A stretch of DNA of 64,000 nucleotides, taken from the NCBI GenBank assembly GCA_024679065.1, contig JAGIQG010000009.1:69688001-69752000 (forward strand). Direction: 5' to 3'. Every line of letters begins with the position of its first letter. The first letter of the stretch is position 1. A program made the position numbers and the translations under genes. The notes beneath the pieces were generated by a model. The model saw only the letters and a list, made by a program, of their open reading frames with translations. It ran no database searches and was not told the origin of the DNA. Positions 13,406 to 27,473 of the stretch are shown here, one piece after another. The stretch is from Sphyrna mokarran. Taxonomy: Eukaryota.

Positions 13406-14727
13406 CAACCAACTAATTGTATGAGGCTGAATCATGCAGCTCATCTGCTGCAATTCTTCCACAGGAAACAGGTGCCAAAACACTACAAATTGGACTAGTT
13501 CAGCACATGGAAATCCCCTAACACAGCACTTCATTCAGCATCTTGTTGCAGAACAAATTAGCTATAACAAATATGAAAAATTCTAAATGTGTTTGTTGTG
13601 CTTAATAGTGTAAAAGGTCCGCTTGGGAGGAGATGAGGAAAATGATGAGAAGTGTACAAAATGTGAAATGAAAGCAGAATAAAGTCTCGCCAGTGCACAT
13701 AACTTGGAAAAATGCTAATGCTTAAAATTAAACAAATGACTGAATTAAAATCCATTAATGAAGTAATACTTTCAAGTGTTTGATTGGCCTTACTTAATTG
13801 ATGTCAGAGAATATACTGACTGGCGTTTAAGCATGTTGAGTTGCCAAATTTTGTAATGCTATAACGTTGCTATTATTCTTAATGTTGATAATTGCAAACT
13901 GTCTTCGAAACAAGGTAAAGGATTGGAGAAGCTGACAGCAATTAAACCAAGCAGGTTTTCTCATTGCATTGTCACCCTGCTCAATTGTATTGCAGGTATT
14001 TGTGCAAGTGATGGATTTAATTTGTATGTATGATGAGCATTTAACTTCATGGTGGATGCTTTGTTTTCCCTGCAGCTTTCAAAATTCTCAAGATCCAAAT
14101 TAAGTGCCAATTCAAAACAAATTTGGACCAATCCACAAATGACTATCTTACACTCAATCAAGTCTAGCAACATGCAAAACTCAGGATAAATATGCAAACA
14201 CTAATTTCACACGTTGACGAGATTTTACAAAGTAGTCATTTATGCTTACAGATTGAAGCACAAAGCTATTGATTTTTTTTTGTCCAGACTTTGTTCATGT
14301 TGTCTTACCCTTGCTCTTCATCTAAAAAGCATTTCAAATTGGTTGTCCCATTTCCAACTTAGTGTTTGATTTTCTGCATTTTGTGTTAAGTGCCCTTGGG
14401 AAGTCTCGTTACATTAAGGTATAATTGAACTGCAAATTTCTTTTCATGATATCTGATTGTACATTTGAATTAATAACATTTCAGATTACAGTTTTTCAGT
14501 CTCTTGATCACCATCTGCTCTGCATTTCTGACGCCTGGATTATAAACTTGGTTTGGTGCAGACTGACTGAGGCTTCAAATCAAGCCTCAGCTGACGGGTT
14601 CCATTCCCCTATTTTCTGGCTCAGTGGGGTCCTATTAGAAGGAGCTTTCAGCAATCTTAGTTCATAATGCAGTGCTTCCCAAACATGTGGAAGCTCAGCA
14701 CCAATGCTAGGACTATCTTATCCCTTT

Positions 14728-14975
14728 TAGGACTGAGATGAAGAGAAATTTATTCACTCTGAGTAGTCAGCCTATGGAATTTGCTATCATAGAATGCATT
14801 GGGGCAAAAACATTGAATGTTTTCAAGAAGCAGTTAGATACAGCTCTTGAGGTGAAAGGGATCAAAAGATATGGGATCAGGCTCCTGAGTTGGATGATCT
14901 GCCATGATTATAATGAATGGCAGAGGAAGCTCAAAGAGACAAATGATCTCCATATCCTATGTTCTATGTTTCTAT
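14728..14975 (+). mobile_element. Decayed CR1 3' end
   Basis: ttaggactgagatgaagagaaatttattcactctgag and the tail atgttctatgtttcta. Confidence 0.7.
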
Positions 14976-16139
14976 TTGTCACAAGGCTGTTTGCAGACTA
15001 GATGATCATGGGTAAGTAAGGATGATGTGGACATGGGACGTGTTGGCAGTGTCAGAGTTCTTCTTCAGCACAGGCAGCCATACAGCATATAAGAGCTGCT
15101 AAGATTGTAGAATAAACCCTTCTGCTTGTTAATCCCTTGTCAACAAGTCTATACAACCCAGCAACTTCTACAACCATTCAAAGTGTGTCTTGCATTATGA
15201 GCGTGTCCAAGGAAGCCCCCAACTAATCAATCAGAGCGCTGACTTGAACAGTTAGTTGGGTACTGTAAGATTGATTAATTGGGGCAGCAAAATGCTGGCC
15301 CATTGATGAACTGTTAGGGCAAAAACACTGACCTCTTGTTGCAGTCTTCCCTTAACAGTTGCTATTGCTGCCTCAGTACTGACTCCATTAGGGCTTGCTA
15401 CCCAGGTTTTGAGAACCCCACTGGGGCTTGTCATCCAAGTTTTGGGAACCTCAGATTTAGTGGACAGGGGCTTCAGCACAAAACAAAAGTCCATAGGAGA
15501 GCTAGGGTTAATATTCTAACAATGATATACAATGACATTTTTGAAACTTGAACAGAAAATATCACACTGATACAACTGATACATTCTAGAGGTTGCTAGA
15601 TTGCTACGGTAGATTGCTGGGTCAGAGTTAAGGGAGCTTGACTCTTTTTCCAACCCATGCACTTTCCTGCCTTGAGATTGCTTGATGCTGACCTCCATCT
15701 GAAAACAAAAACTGGTGAAGTCTCCACTAACATCACTCATCTTTATAAAAGCAAAAAAAAAATCCAATTTATCCCTTGAATGCTTAACTATAACATTATT
15801 CACTTTAGAGATTTCACCAGCAAATTAACATACCTTTGTCTAGCAATAAGACTTCTAACTTTGATGTGAAAAGGCATTCGATGTGGATAAATCATTGTGC
15901 ATTACATCCCTCCTAGAAAAGCTTCAGCTGGCCCAGCATAACTAAGACAACTATGTAAAGCATATAACCAACCAACTATCTACAAGATATATTGTGATGA
16001 ATTATCAAGGCTTCGTCAACAACATCTATAAAACCTGTAATCTGAACCACATAAAAAGACAAGGAGCCACCATCACTTCCAAGTTTTCCATTGAGTCACA
16101 CCATTCTGATTTTGATATATATATTTTGTTTTCTCAGAA

Positions 16140-16235
16140 ATAAAAGATACAAAAGGTCACATACCAACCGACTCAAAAATGGCTTCTTCCTTGCTTCCAT
16201 CAGACTTTTGAGTGGCCCTACTCACACTAAGTTGG
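16140..16235 (+). mobile_element. Rex1/Babar-like LINE 3' relic
   Basis: accaaccgactcaaaaatggcttcttccttgcttccatcagacttttg translates as TNRLKNGFFLASIRLL, resembling the Rex1 C-terminus T.RL.NSFFP.AIRLLN. Confidence 0.5.
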
Positions 16236-17518
16236 CTACATCTCAATAAATAACTCCTTTTACAAAAATGTTTTCTTCAGAAGAGCTGCAGAATGCTGTG
16301 CTTGGTGACTAGAGCAGTCAGCACATACTCAGCACAACTAGTCTCTGGGATATGATGTATTTTATATAAAGATATTTCATACACTTGTTTTGGACAAAAC
16401 GAAGAAACTGAACATAAAACAAAATCAGCTTTAGATATGACAGTATAAATGGATGGAAAGTACATGAGATCTTTTAAAAATGTATTTCAATTTTAATGGA
16501 AGTTTTGACAGCCAGCAAGCACCAGAGAGGTAGCTGAAGTTATAGTCCCTGCAGTAACGGCAATGTAATGCAGTTTGTTATCAATCATAAAAGATTTTCT
16601 AATAGATCAACACTCAAATACCAGCTCTGCAGTTTATGAATCCTGCCCTTAAGTTCTTTTAAAATATATGTGAACCATAAATGATGATCCAGGTTTCTCA
16701 GAATGAGAATGGAAGTTGTATAGATTACTGCAGCATAATTCAGGCCTCAATAAGCTTGAACCATCAGATCTGTTTAATATTTAATAATCTTATCTGAAAC
16801 AAGTTCCAAGTCTTACTTCATATTGCGAGTTAATTGCTTTTTACATGTAGGATAACACATTTGCCAAAAGTGAGTTGATAGGGTTCTTTTGGACAGTGTA
16901 TAAGGGTCACTAGTTTGAAAGTATAACTGCTGAACTGCTACCTAGCATTGCTTGGCTGAATCCTTCTGTTAGATCACAGAATGTCAATCAATATAGATTT
17001 CACTGTACAATCAGTGGTTGGGGTTCAACATATATATATTGAACTTTGTTTGATGGACAACATCGAGATTATCATGATATGAAAATAATGCTCCAGCACA
17101 TATCCTGAGTGCTCATTAGGTTCTATGAAGGGACTGAGATATCATTGAATGCTGTGTCAAAACTGACTAGGCCACATCTCACTCAGATGACAAGGCCATG
17201 CAGGATGTAAACTTGGCAGACTCCCAACGACTGCCAGTAATGAGTGTTTGTTGATGATCACATGATTGTCCTGCTGACCCACTCTGTAAGGGCAATGCTA
17301 ACATAACTCATAGATTTGCATTCATATTGTCATGTGACATCATCTCTGCATTCTGATGTCTGATGGCATCCTGAGGCTCAGTATCAAGATGTGACCTTGG
17401 CATTAATCATGCATGAGAGATGGTATATGGAGAGCTGGCATTTGGGGAGCTGGTATTTGAAGATTTGGTGTTGTCCAGGTCAAACACCATCTTCAAACGG
17501 CGAAACGACAACAATTAC

Positions 17519-18124
17519 AAAGAACAAAGAACAAAACAGCACGGGAAACAGGCCCTTCGGCCCAATAAGCCCGCGCCGCCACTCTGATGTTCCCACCTCT
17601 ACCCGCGATCCCTGTCCATGTTTATAGATCTATAGATTAAAAACCAAATTTGAGACAATTTAGGGTGAATTTGTTTTGCCAATTAGCCTAAGAGCACATC
17701 TTTGGGATGTGGGAGGAAACCGGAGCACCCAGAGAAAATCCACGCAAGCACGGGGAGAAAGCGCAAACTCCCACAGACACAGGCCCAAATCCATGTATCT
17801 GCACAGCACAGCGATAGTCACTGAGCTGTCGTGTTGCCCATCAAATGGTCCAGGTAAAGCGTACGCTAACGACGTGAAGCACTAGGATACTCTCGAAAAA
17901 AAATCCAAGAGCAGCCCTCTCATGACCCATTGCGTGTATGCCCCTCGTTAGACGACAAGGTGGACCAAAGCACCTGTAGGATAAAAACAAGTACATCAAT
18001 ATCATCATCTATTTATACACTTCCCAGGGACTCCCAAAGCTCATGATCCCCATTTTAAATCAGTTTTTCTATACCTCTCTATTCCCATTCTGTTCATGTG
18101 CCCATCTAAGTATTTCTTAAATAA
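17519..18124 (-). mobile_element. 3' UTR-only copy of the same CR1 family
   Basis: Colinear with 6335-6935, from the aagaacaaagaacaaaacagcacgggaaacaggccc tail to cccatctaagtatttcttaaata. Confidence 0.93.
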
Positions 18125-18640
18125 CTCATTATGGTTTAACTTAACTTGTGCTTTAACCATTGTCTTGAGATTGACAACCTTTCCTGAGATGATATGATGA
18201 CAATGAAAGTGTTAACATCTCCCCTGCATTGAAGCATCAGGAGAATTGCACTCCTAGCAGCTTGGCTTCACCTTACTCCTCCTGCCATTACACTTGACCC
18301 GGTCATGTGCACATGACTATCCACCTCCCCCCACAATTCCCTTCAACATTGATGTGCTTATATCCTTTGTTGATCTGACTCTACTCCTTCTCGAGGCTAC
18401 CTGCACCCCTACTTTCTGGGAGTTACACCATGAGACCATTCATGACTTTGCAACTTACCAATTCCTGATGCCTTCTCTGAATGCTACAGTGCTCTCTGAC
18501 TCCAACTCCAAGGACCAAATGCCTTAGTTGACTGACGACACCTTTCAAACCATTCTGCCCAGTGATGCCTTTTCTCATCCAAGATCAGGACCAAGACGTT
18601 GGTGCCATGCGGACATTAAAACATGGCCCACACAGACCTG

Positions 18641-18820
18641 GGACAGTGTCTTCAATATGCCCCCAACAGAACAGCCCCAGCCCCAGAACAGTCTGTTTAA
18701 TATCTCGCTGACAGTGTGATCTCATCCCCAGGATAATCTCTTCAATATATCTCTGACAGTATGGCCTCAGCCTCAGGGCAGTCTGTTCAATATTCCCCTG
18801 ACAGCATAGCCTCAGACTCC
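18641..18820 (+). repeat. Degenerate minisatellite, 4 x 45 bp
   Basis: Units start at 18641, 18686, 18731 and 18776; consensus about ggacagtctgttcaatatntcnctgacagnnnngcctcagcccca. Confidence 0.85.
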
Positions 18821-21529
18821 TTGTACAGTCCTAACTCTTGACCCAGGACTATTTTTCATTTCTCCACTTTGGTCCTTATCAGTCCGTCACCCATCCCGTC
18901 CCCAGTCCTGCTTTTCTCTTCACCTTTCCTCCTATGTTCTAACACTTCATGCCAAGATCTGCCTCCATCTATCCTCTTCTCACAGGCCATTCCTCCCATG
19001 CACAGCCTTGGTGCAGCTTGCGATCTAGGCATCTGAAATCTTGCAGCAATGCTCTTTCAGATAGGCAAAGCAACAACTGCGCACCTCAAAATCGTTGATG
19101 AACTGGAGCTGACATATACACAATCAGGAAACAGACCATCCTAATTACCCACTGGCATGGTGCTTAATTTGGACAAGAACATTATTTCACTGAGTTGGCT
19201 ATTTAATGAGCATTCATGAAATACAAATAGATGTAAATCTGGTTCCCAACATAGATAAGCAGGAAACTCGGCCTGCCTTTAATCCACCATCAAAGTCGGG
19301 AGATCGAAATATCAACCTCATCTCCCACCGAGGTGAAACTGAACAAGCCACCCAGGTTTTATGTCTCAGCTCACCATGTTTCCCATTGTTGGTGGGAGTG
19401 GAGGATTCCACCTACTGAGGGCCATTTTGCATCTGCACTCACTGTAAGCACAAATGGTGATGTAGGCACACAATGTCATGAGAATTGGAAAGTTAGATTC
19501 TCATTGATGCAATCTCATTTCCCAATTACTTGTGAGGAGGAATCTTATTTCAATGCATTTCAATAAATTTTAATATGATTAGCAGACTTCCTCACCATAT
19601 GGGCACCCTCATATTTAGAATTACACATCACGTTGGCAAAGTTTAAAAAGGCTCCTTAAAACCATGAAGCAATCAAAGGAATCCATCCAGGGGCTGGTAA
19701 GTATAGTCTCCAGGGAAGAAGGACATGCCTGGGCATTACCCTCTGGCACTGCCAGCTCTGTCAGTCCCATCCCACACCTCCAGATTTTTGTACACAGAGT
19801 GCTAGATTATCAGGGGAGAAAACTTGGCAGTGCAGCTGGAGAGCTGCAAGCAGTTTTATTGCTCAGCCAGTGCTCTGTGCATACAGCAGAAAATCTCCTC
19901 CATTGTTTTTGTTTTTGGGCCTTGCACTGGCCATGACCCTATACTGAGCAAACATATTGTACAAGGAAAAGTATTTCTGTATGTATTGATGCTGGTTTGG
20001 GAGAAGGGTAGATGCGAAAGCATTTCAAAATTAGATTGAAGGGAAGAAATTTTGTCTCAAATTTCAACTTCCTGCATCCAAAAGCTGCCACATTTCATCC
20101 ATGAGATACAACATGCAAAACAAAAAGTAATTTTAAGATTTTAAAATATTATCACAATTTAAAACTAAATTAAAATGATTTGAATGTTTGCCTTCAAAGT
20201 CAAGAGGGCAACAACTTTTTCTTATCTACTGATTTCCTGATCAGATTTGTATTACTCAGACAGTGTGCGCCAAGGCTGTTTCAGCCCAGGATATTACTGC
20301 ACTAACTGTACAAATTGATTAAGTAAATCATACAGTGGTGAATGTCATATGTGATGATACTATACTATTTTGCTATATTTTAAGGTGGAGCCGCTTTAAG
20401 AGGCAGAACTTTGTTACAAGTGCCAATTGTCTAGTAAGCATGCAGCAGATGTTATAAATGCAAGCTAAAAACTGATTTTAGCTGGTAATGTGTTACTTTA
20501 CAGAGTTAAGGCACCTTTTGCTTTTTTAGGTTCTCCTGAGATTTTAGACTAACGTGAGTTATGATTAGGTTGATTAATAGGGACACAGTCATGTGGTTAA
20601 TGGGAGACACTAAACTTGCAGGAACAAAACAGTTTCATTTCATTTAAAATTACAAGCAGTTGCTGTCTGGACCTGCTAAAAGAAACAAGTGTCTCTCTCT
20701 CTCTCTCCCTCCCTCCAGAGGTTTTCTGAAAACTCCAGGACTATTAACCTAAGTCACAGGCATGTATGCATGATTTTCGTAACCAAGTATAAAGAGGGGT
20801 TTAAGTCTGTCGGGGTAACGTTGCTAGATTGGTACTCACAGTGATAGGTTAGCAGTTAAGAATTGTATCTTGTTATATTTAAGTTTTCAATTGTCTAAGG
20901 TTAAGCTAATTCATTTGTTGTAGTTAAACCATGTTATTAAACAAAGTTCATTTTCATTAAAAGTTCCCTGGTTTGTCAGTACAATTCAACTAGAGTGAAA
21001 CATCCTCCCCTCACATTAATGCCAAAATAGAAAATTGTTGGGGTCTGGTCTGGCTTCAGACTATACATTAGAGTTTCTGATCAGTGTCTTAACACATAGA
21101 TGCATTTAAGAGGAAGCTGAGTAAGTACATGAGGGCAAAAGGAATAAAAGGGTGTAGTAGTAGGATGAAGCTGGTGGGAAGGAGACTCATGTGCAGCACA
21201 AATACAGACAGAGACCTGACCTGTTTCTGTGCTGTCCATTCTTAAATTCTCCATAACTTCCTGATTCAAATGTACTCACCGACTGACATTTCAGTGATGT
21301 GTTCACATGAGGCTGACTTAATATTGGCTCCTTCAACTCAAATGAATTAAAACCAAAGGCCAATATTCTACTGTTTCAAAAATGTCAGCTTTACCAGGTA
21401 TATCCTGAAACTGTATAATGGCCACTTTGGATGACTCAATGATAGAATTATTAAAATTTTTGACATCCAGCTTGCACAAAGAGAGTTGCAATAAGGGTCC
21501 AGATGAACTGCAAGAGTAAAAATGCAAGC

Positions 21530-21910
21530 AGCGTATTATTTGAATTCAAACAATTCAAGCATATATCACACTGAGACACACAGGGAATTGTTAGGACTGA
21601 TGACCAAAAGCTTGGTAAAAGACGTAGTTTTCAAGGAATTCCTGAAGAAGGAACATGCAGTAGAGAGGCAGAGGACTGTACAGAGGGAATTCCAGAACAT
21701 AGGACCCCATAATGGACCAATTAAAATCAATGATTCTCGAGAAGCCAGAAAACTATGGATGAGAATCTGAAAATCAAATTGTTTATTTGACTGGGTGTCA
21801 GTGTAGTTCAGGAACATGGGGGTGACAAGTCAGTGGCATTTGACATTGGTTAAGACAAAGGCAGAAGAGTTTTGGATGGCCTCATGTTTACGAAGGGTTG
21901 AATTTGGAAA
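21530..21910 (-). mobile_element. Decayed L2-like 3' fragment (similar relics at about 22640-22850 and 31380-31620)
   Basis: tgaccaaaagcttggtaaaag..gtagagaggcagagg..gagggaattccaga. Confidence 0.45.
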
Positions 21911-24125
21911 CTCCCAATTTAACCTTCACTAAAGGGACTGCAGTGGTTTGAGTCACTGCAGCTTGCCACTGCCTTCTCAAAGGCAGTTAGGGTTGAGCAA
22001 TAATTATGGGCCTTGCTAGTGACATTCACATCCTGGGAACAAAAAAAAAAGCTCCACAGGGTAAAATTCCTCTGACATGAGTTCTGAGGCACTGAAAGTG
22101 TGGCCAACAGCTGGCCTCAGCCACATGTTGCTTTTTTGACAAATGATGGTAGATACTGTATGCAGCGCCTGTTACACTGGTATACATGACTGCATACCAA
22201 ACATTCCAGAAAACGGAAACAGATGCCAAAGATTACCAGCCACTATATAGACAAGCCGATCTGCACATTTGTTTCAGGAGTTGCTAATATCAAAGTCTCC
22301 CCTTGCTTCAGATTAAATGCAAAACATTTTCAGAGAAAAAAAGATCAATTTCAAATTCCATTCTGTTGTGGATTATTTTGCTGAATCATCGAATACAATG
22401 AGAACCATGAATTCTGTCATCACCTAATTTTGACACTTGTTAAATAGTCTTTAACAAGATTGGTAGACAACGGGGTAGGAAAACAAACGCCAAATTCCCA
22501 AGTTGAGTAAAGTTATTCTGATGAAGTATTTGAGTCAATACATCAACATGGATGTCCCTGAAGGTGCTACAGAATTTGAAATGAGAAAATATCTGTGGAG
22601 GTAGAGAAGAAGAGATAATTAAAGGTGTGAAGAGACCTAACTGAGTGGTATCATGAAGTCAGACTATGCAAATATTAGGAGAGAAAATTCAGTATCTTGA
22701 ATAATAATGCCAAGAGTAGTCAAGTTGATCCAATATGTTGTCAGATAAATGATGATCCATGCCAAATGCCACTGTCCTATCACCCCTGTGCTTGCTGATA
22801 TACACTGGCACCGAGCCAAACAGCAGCGTGAGTTTAAAATTCACATCCTTGTTTTCTGGCTTCTCGAAAATCATTGATTTTAATTAGTCCATTATTGGTG
22901 GTTGTTCTCATTCAGTTATTCAAAGAGTTGTTCTCTTTCAATCACTGAATGAGAACAATCACCAGATTGCACTTGTAACAAAATATTGCTTTGTGAGGAA
23001 AACAGCACGTGTAAAAAGAATTGGGACAGAGAGAACTGGTGGGACAATGGAATGGAGAGAAATTGAGTGGGGAAGTAGATCAACATAATAAGAAAAGTTG
23101 CCACACTTCATTCAGCATTATGTACTTTTTGCTAATGTACATCCAATTGTGCTATATTATTACCATTTTCAAAAGTTATATTCAATGGGCCAGAATTTGC
23201 TGGCAGAATAATGAGTGTTTAATGACATGCACCATTATTAGTGTGTAAAATGTTCAGCAATTTGTGGTGGGAAAGATATACCTATGAGCTGCAAAGATGG
23301 TGAGATTTATGTTCTTGCAATGCTATTCAGTCTCACCAGCCTGGACAGGGAACAATTTAAACTGCAGCACCTCATTCTTGTAGGTAATGCATTACTACTG
23401 GTTCGCTTACATTTTAATTTTGTCTTTTTTATCATATCTTTAATTTTCTTTCTGTATCCAAATTGATTATAATTTTTTCCTGATTTTTTTCTTAGCCCTT
23501 CCCCTGTTTATTTTTGCAATCTGGAGATAAATCTTGTCCTTCACTGAGGTCCCAAATGCCCATTGCTCTTCCTGTGTTATTATCAGCTCGCACTGCTAGC
23601 AGCTTGCAGCATGCAAATATTAAACTCAAAGACAAGGTGAAGAATAATGCATCTACAAATTCTGGATTTTTTTTGGCAATTATCAATCTCACTATTCTCT
23701 CCCCAAGGTCAGATCTCCCAGCACAAATAGATAGCTTGATTGGCCAATGCAGTTCAACAGCTCTTTTTGCACAACCATTTGCTATCAGACGACATGACAG
23801 CTGCTGTTGGCACATCTCAGCATGTGACACTGCAGTACTTACCCTGTATAACAAGCACACCAAGTGAGAGGCTTCCTGCTGCACTAAGTAATATTTTTCT
23901 CAGTACAAGTAGGAGCTTAATACAAGTGGCTCCAGGCCAAGCTGAATGAAATTTCTTCATTCCCAACAATCAATACATGTCATTAAAAAAGCTGGAAGGC
24001 ATAGATAAGGCAAACACAAATCTTGTAAATTCAAAGTGCATTAATTTAGCCTGCACTCTGAAGCAATATAAAACAGAATATTGGTTCTCTTTTAGAGTCA
24101 TAGAGGTTTACTAATTGATATGATT

Positions 24126-24190
24126 CACACACACACACACACACAAAGACATACAGACGCACATAGACGCACAAACACACAGTTACACAT

Positions 24191-24235
<45 letters not shown>

Positions 24236-24305
24236 TATACACACAAACATTGACACAAATAGATAGACACACAAACACATATACAGGCATACATAAATAC
24301 ACACG
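24126..24305. repeat. Compound (CA)n/(AT)n microsatellite
   Basis: Directly visible. Confidence 0.95.
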
Positions 24306-25384
24306 CTCCAAACCCAGGTCCCCAGAGAATGATCCTGATCTCTAGATTACGAGTGCAGTGACAATATCATTACCATCTCCCCTTTGGTGATATTTATAAG
24401 TGTATAGCAGTTGAATAGTTAATGGCAGCATTTTTCAAACGAAAAGCATGCATGTGACTTGGCTTCAGGTGCATAATACCACCATCTCTGCTTTTAGGTT
24501 TTAAAAAAAACCTGAATGAACTTGATGTTTTCCACTTTTGTAGATTCAGAGAAGTACATACAATCGATACAAAATACAAAAATGTAGGAGTTGCAGGGAG
24601 AGGCGAGGAGAGCCTTTGAGGAAAGAGCTCAACGCTGCCTGGTGGTTGGTGTTACTGCTGGAACTCACATACGCGGATGGACAGCACTAATATGGCACAG
24701 ATATAAAAAAAGCACAATTGAACAGCGCAATTGGTCAGAGCAACAACAAATTGTAATTTGATATACATTAATCTGCTTAGTATTAGTTCAACTTGATGGA
24801 TGTTAGCCAGGTTCTCTTTCCCTCCCTTCTATGATTTTCAACATTTAATCATTCAAAAAGAATGAGGAAATGACCTTTTATTCTGTCTCAGCACCTGAGT
24901 TGCTGCCTTTTCTAACCTTCCTTTGCTTTTGCTAATTCTAACAATGGCAAACCTACGGCCACACTTAGAATCTTCCGTCTTTGCTTGATAGCAATCAAAG
25001 GAAACTTTTGATCCATCAACCCATTGACTGTGAGAAGACCTGAATACAGAATCTGTGACTTTTATACATCGCTATTTGCATGTGATATACTTATCACATA
25101 GCAGAGCTTCTGAATAAATTGACCCTGACGTAAGAAATGATCTACATCTAAATATTCCACAAAAATACAAAGCAGGAAATATCTTGACTCACATGAAAAG
25201 GCCCGACATAAAAAGGCTTACTAGTCCACCCAGCCGATCTCTGTAATTGTGGCGTGTTATGTTTCACAGTACACACTTCTCTTGGCAAAAACACACTAAA
25301 AACCCAGGCCAAATAGAGAGAACAAAAAGGCAGAAAATTCCTTGCTGATCACCTCAGAATGTAAACTAGCCCGGGACACCACAT

Positions 25385-25610
25385 TAACCGATCTAGAAAA
25401 AGAGTAAGAGGTGAAGCCATTAAGATCCTGAAGAGTATTGGCAGATTGGACGTAGGACAAAACATCCTCTCTATCAGAAAATCTTGAACTAGAGGTCACT
25501 GTTTAAAGATAAGCGGTTGCTCATTTAATGACAGTGATCAGGAGAAATTGTTTCTTGCAAAGGGTCATGATTCTCTGGAACTTTCTTCCTTAAAAAGCAG
25601 TGGACGCAGA
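25385..25610 (+). mobile_element. Decayed CR1 ORF2 3' fragment
   Basis: actagaggtcactgtttaaagataag..ggagaaattgtttcttgcaaagggtcatgattctctggaac, a TRGH...FFxQRV..LWN relic. Confidence 0.6.
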
Positions 25611-27435
25611 GGGTGGAATTTTCCCTTCTCACCCGCCATGGGAGTCGTAACAGACGGGACATGGACCATGCAAAGGTCCATGGACCATAGGCAGTAATTT
25701 ATCTTTGTTTGCAACCACTGACATTCTTGTCACCAGAACAAATTCTATGCTGTACAGAGGGATATATGTATAATACTATACATTTAGACTGTTTGAGATA
25801 GCTGGAGAAAATCTGTGCAGGACCATAACATTAAAATTATAATGCACCACCCTCTCCCTCCACCAAAATAAAATGGGAGCTTAGAGTAATTTGTTTTGAG
25901 GAGCAGAAGCACTCAGTAGCTACTGAGGTCACTCATAAATGGACAATCAGGACAGCAAGTCAATGCTGCAGAATGGTAAACAACATTTCTGATGAAGTGT
26001 ACAGTCAAAGTATGCTGACTTTTCAAGAGAGAAGTGGGAATTTGTCAACACTATTCCATTTAATAACTTTCACTAGAATAAACTGTTGAAAGCCAAGGGA
26101 ACACTTGCACCAGTTAGGGAAGGGACTAAATGGCAAATCAACTGTTCAAGTTATAATTTGACAGAAGGAAGCCTTTTCTCTTTGTTGTTTTGCTGCACCA
26201 GAAAGTTGACTTTTCAGTGACTCTTTAACTCATTTAGTATTTTGCCGAGGAAAGCCATTAAGAGCGAGAGAGATAGAGAGGATGGTCACGTTTGATTTCT
26301 GTGCAAGACGCTAGACTCTAAGAGTAAAACTCAGAGCTGCAGAATCTGCATAATTCGACCACAGCTCAGCACTTTTGCTTTAAATTTCAAACCACAGCAC
26401 TTTCCAACAGAGATACTGATGACTCACGTTGACTGTGACCACTGCTAACAGTCTATTAGATAGAAAATCCCTAATGGCTTTCCCCAGTACAAATCCTCAC
26501 TGATAATGTATAAACTAAATGGAATTTCAATCCTTTACACACTTGAAGTTTTACTTGTACCTCCGGTATATGGTTCCAGAGGCATCCACTGGGTGATTGG
26601 GAACTTCTGTGCCTACTTCATTAGGCCACTGCTGCTGGTATTTTCAGCTGCTTCATCAAACTCCTTCACGGTATATTACTACATCCCCAGGATATCACCC
26701 AAACAGAGATAGGTTGCAGCATATCGAGTGGAGGAGGCACAGTGAACACGAAGGAGGGCGACTCCAGACAATTACACACAACGAGAGTTTGGAAGCCTGA
26801 TGGAAAGCAGGCCTGAAGGAATTCCAAAATGTAAATGATAAAGCAGCGGGTAGGTAGTTGGACAGACAGAATTTGCTCTCTGTGGATTCAGAGCAGCATA
26901 TAGTTTTGACCAGAAAAGAAAAGGTCACCCGCTTTACTCACTAACTATGCTAGAGAGAAAAGAGAGATAACGAGCACAGCAGGGAAAGTCAAAGAGAGAA
27001 AGAAAAGCAGAGACTAGAAGTCGAATAAAGCAGGACTTTAACGTCACTTCAAAAGAAAGCAAATGGAAAATACGATTTGTTACCCAGAATTGAATCCATG
27101 GAAATTATAGATCAACAATATTTTTTAAATCAAGAAATAAAGTTCATTGGTGTATGATTCCCAATGTCTGGCAGGCATATAAGTTAGAAGAAAATGAAAA
27201 GAAACCCTGCACATGACACAAGTCTCCACACAACTGGTACTATTCCAAAACATGTCATTACTGTAACAAATGCCGGCCTCCAGAAAGAGTTCACTAAGAT
27301 CATTTTACATGATAGTCACTGTAACTTCATGGAAATGATTTAAGAGACGCCACACTGTTAGCATCTCAAATATGATTGCTTGCTGCAATGCAGTGCACCA
27401 TTAAAAATACAATTAATTCTCCACAGTCCCGTAAA

Positions 27436-27436
<1 letters not shown>

Positions 27437-27471
<35 letters not shown>
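27437..27471. repeat. (CA)n microsatellite
   Basis: Directly visible. Confidence 0.95.

Positions 27472-27473
<2 letters not shown>

Noticed and set aside
18641-18820. CRISPR-like periodicity
   Set aside because: Units are homologous along their full length, with no unique spacers and no cas genes; this is vertebrate DNA.
20490-21085. Possible solo LTR
   Set aside because: Only compositional resemblance; I could not define TG..CA ends with a TSD.
21280-21510. Minus-strand segment with a good acceptor (ttttactcttgcag) and donor (TCG|GTGAGT)
   Set aside because: The frames I checked, including the phase-0 frame at the donor, contain stops, and there is no RGL1 similarity. At most a non-coding or cryptic exon.
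23492-23949. Overlapping 117-130 aa ORFs on both strands
   Set aside because: No recognisable domain or exon boundaries; probably decayed transposon DNA.
26520-27050. Possible further minus-strand first exon (MPLEPYTG...)
   Set aside because: No convincing phase-0 donor, and several short closed ORFs.
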